Positions 39,601-47,215 of a DNA stretch of 64,000 bases are shown here, piece after piece; positions within the stretch are counted from its first letter, which is position 1; each line of letters starts with the position of its first letter. A program made the translations under genes and the position numbers. The DNA lies in the NCBI GenBank assembly GCA_002392645.1, contig DGHL01000040.1, forward strand, positions 17,906 to 81,905, in the 5' to 3' direction. This DNA is from Prevotellaceae bacterium UBA3849. GTDB taxonomy: Bacteria > Bacteroidota > Bacteroidia > Bacteroidales > Bacteroidaceae. The notes below the pieces were generated by a model that was not told the DNA's origin, did no database searches, and was given only the letters and a program-made list of their open reading frames with translations.

Positions 39601-41591
39601 TCATGCTCGCTGTGACCAATTATGTCGGTGAGCCAATTACATGGAAGGGCGACAAGGGAACAGCCTGGGACCTTGATGAGACGGCAAACTTCGTAAAGAC
39701 AGAGACTGGCGAGGAAGCTGTATTCTATACAGGTTCAGATGTGACGTTCAATGATAATGCCACAAACTACAATGTTGAGATAAAAGGCAACGTGTCACCT
39801 GCGTCTGTCACATTCCTTAACAAAAAGCAGTACACTGTTTCTGGCGATAAGATTATAGGAACACCGGATTTGTTGAAAGACAGCGTCGGCGTGGTTTATC
39901 TTAATAATGTCAACGACATGGGTAACACTACCATCAGCGGTGGTACCCTCTGTGTAGCAAGTCTTGCAAACTCTACAGGTACGGAGATGGGTTCACTTGG
40001 CACTATCGACAAGACCATCACGCTTACAGGTGGTGGCGCTCTTTCTCCAACAGCCTCATTCACGAGTGAGCAGAAAATCATCTGCTATAAAGACAATGGT
40101 GTGATTGATGTTCCGACAGGTGTGACCTTCACACAGGCGGCAAATATAGCAACCTCACAGAACGGTGCCCTCACTAAGGCTGGTGCTGGTACGTTGAATA
40201 TGACGGGTAATCTTACTGCCAATGGAATAACAGTAAAAGCCGGTACATACGACTATACAGGTAATGCCAATAGCAAGACTATAACTTTGCAGGGTAATTC
40301 TAAACTCTCAGGTCAAGGTGTCCGCACAAGTCCTATCGTCGTAGATGCAGGCGCTAACGTAACATGGGATTTGCCGGGAAGTAACTATACGGATATTGCT
40401 TGTGCGGTGTCTGGTTCTGGTACAATTACCGTAAATACCACCAATGCCTATAATCGTACTCGTATTACTGGTAACTGGAGCGGTTTTACAGGAACAGTGA
40501 AATACACCAATACCTCACAAGTGATGCCTATAAAGACTAACTGGAATCTTGCAAAAGGCACACTTGACATAGGAGAAAAAGCGTATGTAGCTGCGGTAGG
40601 TAATACTTGTACCATAGGTAAACTTACTGGTAAGGGTGTGTTAGAGCAGCCGGTGGCTGACTTTAACAGCCAGGCAGCTCCATCGGGAATTAATACATGG
40701 CGTGTGGGTAACAGCTCTGATGCACTTGGTGACTTCCAATTTAACGGCTATCTTTATGATGCAGGCGGTACAACTAAATCAAACTTTGAGAAGATAGGTA
40801 CATGCACCATGACGGTCTCAACCGCATGGCAGAACTCAGGAACGGTTAAGATATCAGAAGGAACACTGCGCTTCAAGTCTAAAGTCACGTTGGGTACAGG
40901 TGCCTTGACTGTGGCAGAGGGAGCAGTTCTCGCAGGTTTGTCTAACACGGCGAGCGGTACGTCAAAGAATTCTCCTATCACCAATAGCAGCATAACTGTA
41001 AACGGAACCTTGTGGCCGTCAAGTCAGGAAACCTCTGTTTCTTCCAGTTATTTATGTATAGGCGATAAGACTGTTGACTTCTCATCTACGGGCAGGCTTA
41101 AAGTTGGATTGAAGAAATGTTCTACGGGTTCTGTTGTGTATAACACATGTCTTATCGGTGATGGTAGTAAGGCAACGATAAACTTTGCCGATGGTGTCAC
41201 TATCGAAGCCTATGCTCCGGACTATACACCGACATTCGTCAATGAAGAGGTAACAGACTCATTCAAGGTACTGGTTGACATTCCTAACGTCAATGTCGCA
41301 GGCAAGCTGAACTACGAACTGCCTACGCTTCCTATGCATTACTATTGGAAGAACCGTTGGGACAGCACGCTTTTTGCAAAGACAGGATGCCTCTATGTAG
41401 GATATATAGAGCTGATTGGCGACGCTAACAGGGATGACCAGGTCACCATGGCAGATGCGAACATGGTAGTAAACTACTTCCTCGGTGGTACGACTGAAGG
41501 CATCAGCCTGCCGCATGCTGATGTCAATGGCGACGGACAGATTACCATGGCAGATGCCAATGCCATAGTGAATATATTCCTGGGACAGTAG
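36687..41591 (+). CDS. Multimodular rhamnogalacturonan lyase: PL11 (YesW-like) domain, autotransporter-associated beta-strand repeats and C-terminal type-I dockerin
   Basis: LDRG.VA...SWR, RGIYTR, GQGYH...ADVDWDGRDEI, GHGDAQH, GDILGDWRHE and GYNQPPH (PL11); LVKQGDGALTL / LTKAGAGTL repeats; duplicated GDxNxDxxVTMADAN at 41418-41591. Confidence 0.88.
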   Translation: MTKSKQIFMLLLLLLLSVTVSAQRVIDNLDRGIVAVKTTGGVFISWRIQSDEYYDVTYNLYRDGSLVAENLKTSNYTDASGSTSSKYTVAAVVNGVVLDQSQPVAVWAQDYMEITPQHPSELKATYVPNDACAADVDGDGEVELLMKYNNSQEMSNSFPVNGWYNEHTLFEVTKLDGSVLWWVNCGPNMGDFQNNEQNIVGYDWDQDGSAEVLMRLEEGSSIHMSDGTVYTIGADGKNGTSWTNYRSQGWVSPAGATVAVETGVSSTATVSCSADWVTLSNVNGVVYATASQNGDPTVNGSGRSTTITIVDNGVPKKLGFGQNYYRDGKEISSQYFTHYGKEFLVYCNGKTGQVYDIIDFPCARFESGESDLNAAWGDGYGHRSSKFFYGAPYLDGRNPSIFVGRGIYTRHKFVALDVDKNTHKLSERWRWMNNQKGSPWYGQGYHNYGIADVDWDGRDEIVFGGLVIDDNGMGLSTAGFGHGDAQHHGDFNPYIHGHEGWFCNEEAPNNHYRDLTTAKLYYRLEGGSDDGRAIAGNFCNTVPGAFASSARDSDNPISLVTNEHVAGYSTNGMAQNFNCYWDGDLCEETYNADGTNYDDKPGAIYKYNQGKIKTFEGSLANNWTKATPCFMGDILGDWRHEFVMRTADNKIRIYTTTIETPWRIYSMWYDHQQRNAMVWQMCGYNQPPHTSYFLGEMEGITAAPPALTMKGRTEIANGGTISNDGASVITCETNDMTVSVADGATPYIYIDNTPSLVSGSAPSEATAKEYPITYTYYTHTLTGGAFAGDMRLVKQGDGALTLPDVVQTYTGQTDVWAGTLNFNGTLQNSRLWLNRFAELNSDNGTFAKGIQAEYAAIIRPGGKEAKASTITTDSLILDFGSVVELDIYSNGLKADSIKANVLKIEKKDWTNGPQYLTPVFRINAHPAAGAAAIADGIYCLGTIGEVKGNLGDIIIENLPNQKAVLSLEEGKLMLAVTNYVGEPITWKGDKGTAWDLDETANFVKTETGEEAVFYTGSDVTFNDNATNYNVEIKGNVSPASVTFLNKKQYTVSGDKIIGTPDLLKDSVGVVYLNNVNDMGNTTISGGTLCVASLANSTGTEMGSLGTIDKTITLTGGGALSPTASFTSEQKIICYKDNGVIDVPTGVTFTQAANIATSQNGALTKAGAGTLNMTGNLTANGITVKAGTYDYTGNANSKTITLQGNSKLSGQGVRTSPIVVDAGANVTWDLPGSNYTDIACAVSGSGTITVNTTNAYNRTRITGNWSGFTGTVKYTNTSQVMPIKTNWNLAKGTLDIGEKAYVAAVGNTCTIGKLTGKGVLEQPVADFNSQAAPSGINTWRVGNSSDALGDFQFNGYLYDAGGTTKSNFEKIGTCTMTVSTAWQNSGTVKISEGTLRFKSKVTLGTGALTVAEGAVLAGLSNTASGTSKNSPITNSSITVNGTLWPSSQETSVSSSYLCIGDKTVDFSSTGRLKVGLKKCSTGSVVYNTCLIGDGSKATINFADGVTIEAYAPDYTPTFVNEEVTDSFKVLVDIPNVNVAGKLNYELPTLPMHYYWKNRWDSTLFAKTGCLYVGYIELIGDANRDDQVTMADANMVVNYFLGGTTEGISLPHADVNGDGQITMADANAIVNIFLGQ

Positions 41592-41717
41592 CTTCGCTTC
41601 GCTCAGAGTGAAAAGTGAAAAGTGAAAAATACCATGCGGAAGGCCTCACATCCAGCCTCACCTGTGAGGGAGGGGGAAGTGAGTGAAAAGTGAATAATTC
41701 CCATGTGGAGGATAGAC

Positions 41718-41754
41718 ATCCCCTCCCTGCATATAATGTGTAGGGAGGGGATTT
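41718..41754 (+). terminator. Hairpin terminator / REP-like palindrome after the PL11 gene
   Basis: ATCCCCTCCCTGCATAT...GTGTAGGGAGGGGATTT; preceded by GAAAAGT heptamers and a REP-like copy at 41655-41674. Confidence 0.65.
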
Positions 41755-42043
41755 GATTTCTGCTTGACCTGGCGAAGGTTCCTCCCATTATGCCCATAAA
41801 ACCCATAAAACCCATAAACCAAAAAATAATTGTCTGAAATAGTTATCTATAATTCGACCATTCGGGACAAAAACATCAGACTTTTAAGTAGTAATTATAA
41901 TTCGTTTTCATATCTCGATATAGGACATTTTTGATATTTCATGCTCAGAAAAAAGTTCACCGAAAAACGCAAAATAGAGAGAGCAAGGGTAGGGCGAATC
42001 GTTAAAAACGCCCCCTTTTAACGCCTATTTTACGGGTCGAGAT

Positions 42044-42150
42044 GTAAAAGCATACCTTTTACATTGTAATATGATAGCTTTTACGCTGTAATTGGATAGC
42101 TTTTGCAGCGCAATATGATAGCTATTACAACCCAAAAGCTATCATATTAC
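42044..42150. repeat. 22-bp-period quasi-palindrome array, copy 3 (5 units)
   Basis: Units at 42044, 42066, 42088, 42110 and 42132 (last one inverted). Confidence 0.85.
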
Positions 42151-42562
42151 GATACAGTTTTAAACCCCTCTATTGAAAATCAATAAGTTACAACTCACTG
42201 AGAATGTCGATGAAACCGACTGACCATAAACTTTTTCAAAAAACAGCCCTTCATTTCGACTTAACGAAGGCATCAGAATAGGACAAAAACAACATTCTCG
42301 TATTCATGGACATGATTCCAAGTTTATTCTCATCGTGTGTTTTCGTCGATAAAGCAGACAAGACCTTGTAGAAATTGAAAATCTTGAAATTTTTATCGAA
42401 AATATTATTATTTTTCTCAAAACATTTGGTAGATTCAAAAAAAACATTTAACTTTGCAGAAAAATAAAAGGAGAGATATACATAATATAATAAACACAAT
42501 ATACAAAATCAACGAACATAGACAAATCACTTAAATTATAATTAACTAACACCAAAACAATT

Positions 42563-45412
42563 ATGAAGAAACATTTACTTCTATTATTTACGGCTGCAAT
42601 GACGTCATTGTCAAGCTTTGCGCTTGGTCTCAATGATTTCATATACACGCAGCATGGACGTTTCCAGATTATGGATGCGACGAATAACTTTACGGGTAGC
42701 ATCCAGGGATTTAGTGGCTTCAGTGCTATTTATAACGATGGTAGTACAAAAGTTGATTCTTTGTTCGTTACGGGACAGGATGCTACTGTGGGAGACTATT
42801 TCCAGTCTAATATAAATGTACCTTATACAGAGGGTCTTATAAGCAAACTCGATTTGCCAGCTGGTAATTATATCGTTAGCTTCAAACTTAAGTCTGGTGC
42901 TATTACATCTGCAATACCTTCTGGCGGAACATTCGCTGGTATGAACCGTATTCGTCTCGTTAGCGTAGCAAAAGATGCTACGGTTACTTCTGCTAATGTT
43001 GATGAGATAGTAGCAAGCTATGAGTCAGGACTTACCATAGGTACAGAGTGGGCTACCTATGGCTTTGATGTAGAAGTAGATCCTTCAAATGACTATTATC
43101 TGGAGTTCCTTGGTATGCAGAGTCAAGTGGCTGTAGCTGATATTCAGATCCAGGAGGCAATGCAAGTTGCTGATTTACGTAAGAGGGATTATATGATCAA
43201 CTTTATCAATGCGTATAAATCAGTAAAGCAAATAACAGAAGAACAGGATAAGGAATTTGGACTCACGGAGAATTTAGAGGTACTCGAGGGTATTAATGAG
43301 ACATCAAGTCAGGAGGAATTAGATGAGGTAATCGTTTCCTTGGATGAAGCCATTTTAGGAATGCGTGGTTTAATGGATTCTTGGCTGTCAGATAAAGATA
43401 ATAGTACCTTCCCTGCAGGCTTTACTTGTAATAACAAATCAACGGATTGTGGCATCTGGACTACGAATCCTTCTGGTCGTTTGCATAAGGATACATGGAA
43501 TGGTAAGACATATCCGGAGTTCCCACATTTCCAGCATAGCAATGGCTGGGATAGAACTGGTGTGATGGAGACAAAGGAACTACAAGAGTTCCCCGCAGGT
43601 TCTTATGTATTCTCAGTTGACGTAAGGGCGTTAGTTCGTCTTCGTGAAGGTAAGCAGAACTGGACTCCTGATTTGGGAATGGATTGTTTCCAGACGACCC
43701 TCTATGTTGTAAATGAGGATGGTGATACTGTTGCTGTAACAGGGCCTTATGCTATTCGTGCAAGTGAGTTTACTCCTAATTACCTTGTATTTAAGTTGGA
43801 TCAGCCTTTAAACTGTAAGGTTGGTATAAAGACTGAGGGTATTAAGGAAGGAGGAACTAATATCTATCCTGGAAGTTACGGTGGTACCATAATGTTTAAG
43901 GATGCAGCACTCTACTATGTGTCAGCTTTGCCATATACTAAGAAGCAGCTTGACTACATTAAGGCTGTTCAGAAACAGATAACGACTGGACGTGATTATA
44001 TTACAAGCAATACAGAGGGCATTAATAATGCAGAGAAGTATTGGGGTAAGGCTGAGCTTCAGGCATGTCTTGATACTGCAGTAGCTAAAGTTGAGGCTTA
44101 TGAAGCTATTAAGACAGATACAGCTTACATTATTAATACTTATAATGAATATGTAGGTGAAGGAGGTGAATGGGCTTCTTCAACTTCTTCGGAATCTGGT
44201 ATTCTCGAGTATGATATCTATCAGAATGTTGTAAAGGACCTTATCGCTGCTAATAGGAAATTCAATGATTTGAACGATACCTTGAACAGTTTGGCTGAGG
44301 CTATCGTAGCAGCTAAGGAATTTAGAAATCTTCGTGTATATGCAGAATCTACTACAAATGAAGGTTTGGATAACGAGATTACTAAAGCTGAAAACTTGTT
44401 GACACAATTGCAGAATGATGCATACAGTGAGGAAAATGTTGATTTGTTGCTTGCTGAAATAGATGCTCTCACTGCTAAAAAGAGCGAGTTTGCTGCTGGT
44501 ATCCCAACAGAAAAGATAGAGGTTATTGCTGATATCGACTTTGAACAGCCAGCCGTTGGTCTGGAAGGCGAAGCTACTTCTGGTGCTGTAACTATTGCCG
44601 GTGCTGTCGGTCAGATGGAGATTGATAACTTTAGTACTGTTGCTGCTGATGGTGTATTCCAGAAAGGATATGACAAGAATTTTGAAACTTTCCATGAGGG
44701 TATGCTTCGCGTAGGTAATGGTGCAGGTATTGTTAATATTGATGAGGATAAGCGTGTAACAGGTTCAAATATCCTCCGTGCTTCATTTGATATGCACTTC
44801 GGTAAGTTGAACAATCGTAATTCAGGTTTCGATTTCCTCGACGAGAATAATGAGCGTGTGGCAGAGGTTTATTTCGATTTCTATAATGGCAATATGAAAA
44901 ATGGTGGTCGTGATGACTTCGGATTGAACTTCTCTTACATTCCTTCATACGGTGCACAGGGTGTTGACAATGATTCTATCATAGGTTCTGATGATTATAA
45001 GACTCACTTTGAGATAATCATTGATTATGGCACATCTAAGATGTACTGTTCTACAACATCTAAGAGCGGTTCTCAGAAAACAGTAGAGGTAGCTCTTCCT
45101 AACAAGGAGCCAATAGCTATGTTCCGAGTTAAGTCTAACTATAGTTCAAACCCAGAGCGTCGCTCTTGGTTCGATAACCTGAAGATTGAGAAGATTACTG
45201 CTGCTGAGGTCGTTTCTGTAACGGGTGATACTAACGGTGACGGTGTGGTTACTATGGCTGATGCTAACGCTATCGTTAACTACTTCCTCGCAGAGGATAA
45301 GACAACCATCACAAACTTCGATGTTACTGCCGCTGACGTAAATGGTGACGGCGATATCACAATGGCTGATGCCAACGCTGTAGTTAATATCTTCCTCGGA
45401 AGTGCTGAATAA
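42563..45412 (+). CDS. Secreted multidomain protein (beta-sandwich/CBM-like modules with helical linkers) with C-terminal type-I dockerin
   Basis: Signal peptide; TAACTTTG promoter at about 42449; C-terminus GDTNGDGVVTMADANAIVNYFL...ADVNGDGDITMADANAVVNIFLG (45224-45412); no catalytic motif recognised. Confidence 0.75.
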   Translation: MKKHLLLLFTAAMTSLSSFALGLNDFIYTQHGRFQIMDATNNFTGSIQGFSGFSAIYNDGSTKVDSLFVTGQDATVGDYFQSNINVPYTEGLISKLDLPAGNYIVSFKLKSGAITSAIPSGGTFAGMNRIRLVSVAKDATVTSANVDEIVASYESGLTIGTEWATYGFDVEVDPSNDYYLEFLGMQSQVAVADIQIQEAMQVADLRKRDYMINFINAYKSVKQITEEQDKEFGLTENLEVLEGINETSSQEELDEVIVSLDEAILGMRGLMDSWLSDKDNSTFPAGFTCNNKSTDCGIWTTNPSGRLHKDTWNGKTYPEFPHFQHSNGWDRTGVMETKELQEFPAGSYVFSVDVRALVRLREGKQNWTPDLGMDCFQTTLYVVNEDGDTVAVTGPYAIRASEFTPNYLVFKLDQPLNCKVGIKTEGIKEGGTNIYPGSYGGTIMFKDAALYYVSALPYTKKQLDYIKAVQKQITTGRDYITSNTEGINNAEKYWGKAELQACLDTAVAKVEAYEAIKTDTAYIINTYNEYVGEGGEWASSTSSESGILEYDIYQNVVKDLIAANRKFNDLNDTLNSLAEAIVAAKEFRNLRVYAESTTNEGLDNEITKAENLLTQLQNDAYSEENVDLLLAEIDALTAKKSEFAAGIPTEKIEVIADIDFEQPAVGLEGEATSGAVTIAGAVGQMEIDNFSTVAADGVFQKGYDKNFETFHEGMLRVGNGAGIVNIDEDKRVTGSNILRASFDMHFGKLNNRNSGFDFLDENNERVAEVYFDFYNGNMKNGGRDDFGLNFSYIPSYGAQGVDNDSIIGSDDYKTHFEIIIDYGTSKMYCSTTSKSGSQKTVEVALPNKEPIAMFRVKSNYSSNPERRSWFDNLKIEKITAAEVVSVTGDTNGDGVVTMADANAIVNYFLAEDKTTITNFDVTAADVNGDGDITMADANAVVNIFLGSAE

Positions 45413-45424
45413 ATTGAATACATA

Positions 45425-45468
45425 CTTTGTGACAACTAAGTTCCTTAATGAACTTGGTTGCCACAAGG
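45425..45468 (+). other. Intergenic stem-loop without a T-tract
   Basis: CTTTGTGACAACTAAGTTC-cttaat-GAACTTGGTTGCCACAAGG. Confidence 0.6.
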
Positions 45469-45523
45469 TTAAATAAGAAAGAAAACTCAAATTAATATTA
45501 ATTTAAAACAAAATCTTAAGATT

Positions 45524-46330
45524 ATGAAAAAATTATTTACACTTATCGCTTGTTGCTTTAGTGCAGTATGTATTTCTGCTGCTCCGAAGTCAGATATCTC
45601 AAGCTACAAAAATTATTTGTATATTCCTGATGACACTAAGTTCGTTGCAGGTACAGAAACTACAGTAGAGATAAAACTTAGACAGACAGGATGGATACAG
45701 GGTGCTCATTGTGAGATAGTATTCCCAGAGGGATGGACAGTTAAAGCTCCTACTCTTGTAAAGAAGTCTTTGTTCCAGGTATTGACTGATCCTGAGGATG
45801 AAGAATCAACTATGGAATTGTGTGCAGCTTCAGGTCTTGCAGCTAAAGGTACTGTTGCCACTGCAGCTACAACTGGTCTTGGAACTGCTGGTGGTTATGA
45901 TGTAAATGATCCTACGAAGTATTACAATTTTGGAAAAGAAGATGCTTCTCATTCTTACTATAACTATAAAGAAGGTGAGGATATAGTACTTTTCAAGGTT
46001 AAAGTTACTCCTGCTGCTGCGTCAGGTACTCCTGCAACAATCACGTTTACTGATTGCGAACTGTGTTTTAATGATCCAAACTATAAGACAAATCCTGATT
46101 TGAGTGACTATGCTTGGAATAACTATTGTAATCCAGCTATAACTGCTAAGGAAACAGGTGTTGAAAGATCTTTAGTTTTTGAGTTTGATGTAGAGGGTGC
46201 AACTGGCGTTGATGGCGTTTCTGAGGATGGCGCAGAGGCTGCTGCTCCTGCAAAGAAGATTGTTGATGGTCAGCTCGTAATCGAGACTGCTAACGGTACT
46301 TTCAACGCTGCTGGCGCACAGGTAAAGTAA
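45524..46330 (+). CDS. Putative single-cohesin protein with T9SS-like C-terminal sorting signal
   Basis: Signal peptide; cohesin-like strand pattern AGTETTVEIKL / IQGAHCEIVFPEG / GEDIVLFKVKV / AASGTPATITF; tail TGVDGV...KKIVDGQLVIETANGTFNAAGAQVK; follows two dockerin genes. Confidence 0.62.
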   Translation: MKKLFTLIACCFSAVCISAAPKSDISSYKNYLYIPDDTKFVAGTETTVEIKLRQTGWIQGAHCEIVFPEGWTVKAPTLVKKSLFQVLTDPEDEESTMELCAASGLAAKGTVATAATTGLGTAGGYDVNDPTKYYNFGKEDASHSYYNYKEGEDIVLFKVKVTPAAASGTPATITFTDCELCFNDPNYKTNPDLSDYAWNNYCNPAITAKETGVERSLVFEFDVEGATGVDGVSEDGAEAAAPAKKIVDGQLVIETANGTFNAAGAQVK

Positions 46331-46349
46331 GATATCATATCATACTAAT

Positions 46350-46396
46350 AAAAAAAACTTCGCTTGAACATTCAAGCGAAGTTTTTTCGTTTTTTC
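46350..46396 (+). terminator. Rho-independent terminator after the cohesin-like gene
   Basis: AAAAAACTTCGCTTGAA-ca-TTCAAGCGAAGTTTTTT. Confidence 0.8.
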
Positions 46397-46459
46397 TTGC
46401 ATATACCAAATCTTCTTATTAATTTTGCATGTGTAAATTTTAATGTAATATATTTTATT

Positions 46460-46720
46460 ATGGCAAGAAATATGAATACTATATCATTATCCCCCGAATT
46501 CTTCAGTGATTTGGGAGTGATAGCTCAGGACGAAACTCTGTTTGTTAAATTACAGAAGTATGTAAAAAAACTTATTTCCACAAAGGCAAAAGATGACAGT
46601 CTAATGACAAAAGACGAATTCTTTGCCAAACTTGAACGCTCAAGAAAGCAGATAGAAGAGGGAAATTATGTGAAGTTTTCCAATATACAGGAGTTTAATG
46701 AGTATTTTGGTGTTAAATGA
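46460..46720 (+). CDS. Putative antitoxin of a YoeB/Txe module (about 86 aa; start re-assigned to ATG 46460)
   Basis: Overlaps the toxin start (ATGA); C-terminus EFFAKLERSRKQIEEG is typical of RelE-superfamily antitoxins. The upstream extension to 46364 runs through a terminator and a promoter (TAATTTTG). Confidence 0.7.
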   Translation: MARNMNTISLSPEFFSDLGVIAQDETLFVKLQKYVKKLISTKAKDDSLMTKDEFFAKLERSRKQIEEGNYVKFSNIQEFNEYFGVK

Positions 46721-46983
46721 AGTACGAAGTGTTGTTTACCAAAGAGGCAGAAAAGGATATAAACCGATTGAGAGAGTCTGAACCTGCTGCTTTTAAAAAA
46801 CTTGTAAAACTGGTAGCAGAACTATATGACCATCCTATGACAGGAACTGGTAAGCCAGAGATGCTGAAAGGTAATCGTATTGGGCAGTGGAGTCGCAGGA
46901 TAACTAAGAAGCATCGGCTGGTATACGAGATAAATGGTGATAAGATCTATGTCTATGTACTTTCAGCCTATGGGCATTATTAG
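46717..46983 (+). CDS. yoeB: Txe/YoeB family ribosome-dependent mRNase toxin
   Basis: GTGKPE.LK, WSRRIT.KHRLVY and C-terminal GHY motifs. Confidence 0.93.
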   Translation: MKYEVLFTKEAEKDINRLRESEPAAFKKLVKLVAELYDHPMTGTGKPEMLKGNRIGQWSRRITKKHRLVYEINGDKIYVYVLSAYGHY

Positions 46984-47004
46984 GCAGCAGATATATTCTA
47001 TAGT

Positions 47005-47037
47005 AAACACACCTCATTAGGGGTGTGTTTGTTTTTT
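47005..47037 (+). terminator. Terminator after yoeB
   Basis: AAACACACC...GGTGTGTTT followed by a T-run. Confidence 0.75.
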
Positions 47038-47215
47038 GTAACTTGTATTTTTTTTCAAGTTTTTATGTTAAAAATTTGTATAATTCAGAAATTTTTATTT
47101 ATTTTGCATAACCAAATATAGTGCAGGGGTGTATTGTGTTCGTACGTAACCCGCAGCATCATATACTAACTCTTTGAAATTAAATAAATTAAAAATAAAC
47201 TAACTATCAATCTTT

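Noticed and set aside
38800-41591. PL11 protein as a classical type V autotransporter
   Set aside because: It has passenger-type repeats but no C-terminal beta-barrel or terminal aromatic residue; it ends in a dockerin.
46364-46459. N-terminal extension of the antitoxin ORF
   Set aside because: It overlaps the upstream terminator and the TAATTTTG promoter; ATG 46460 is more plausible.
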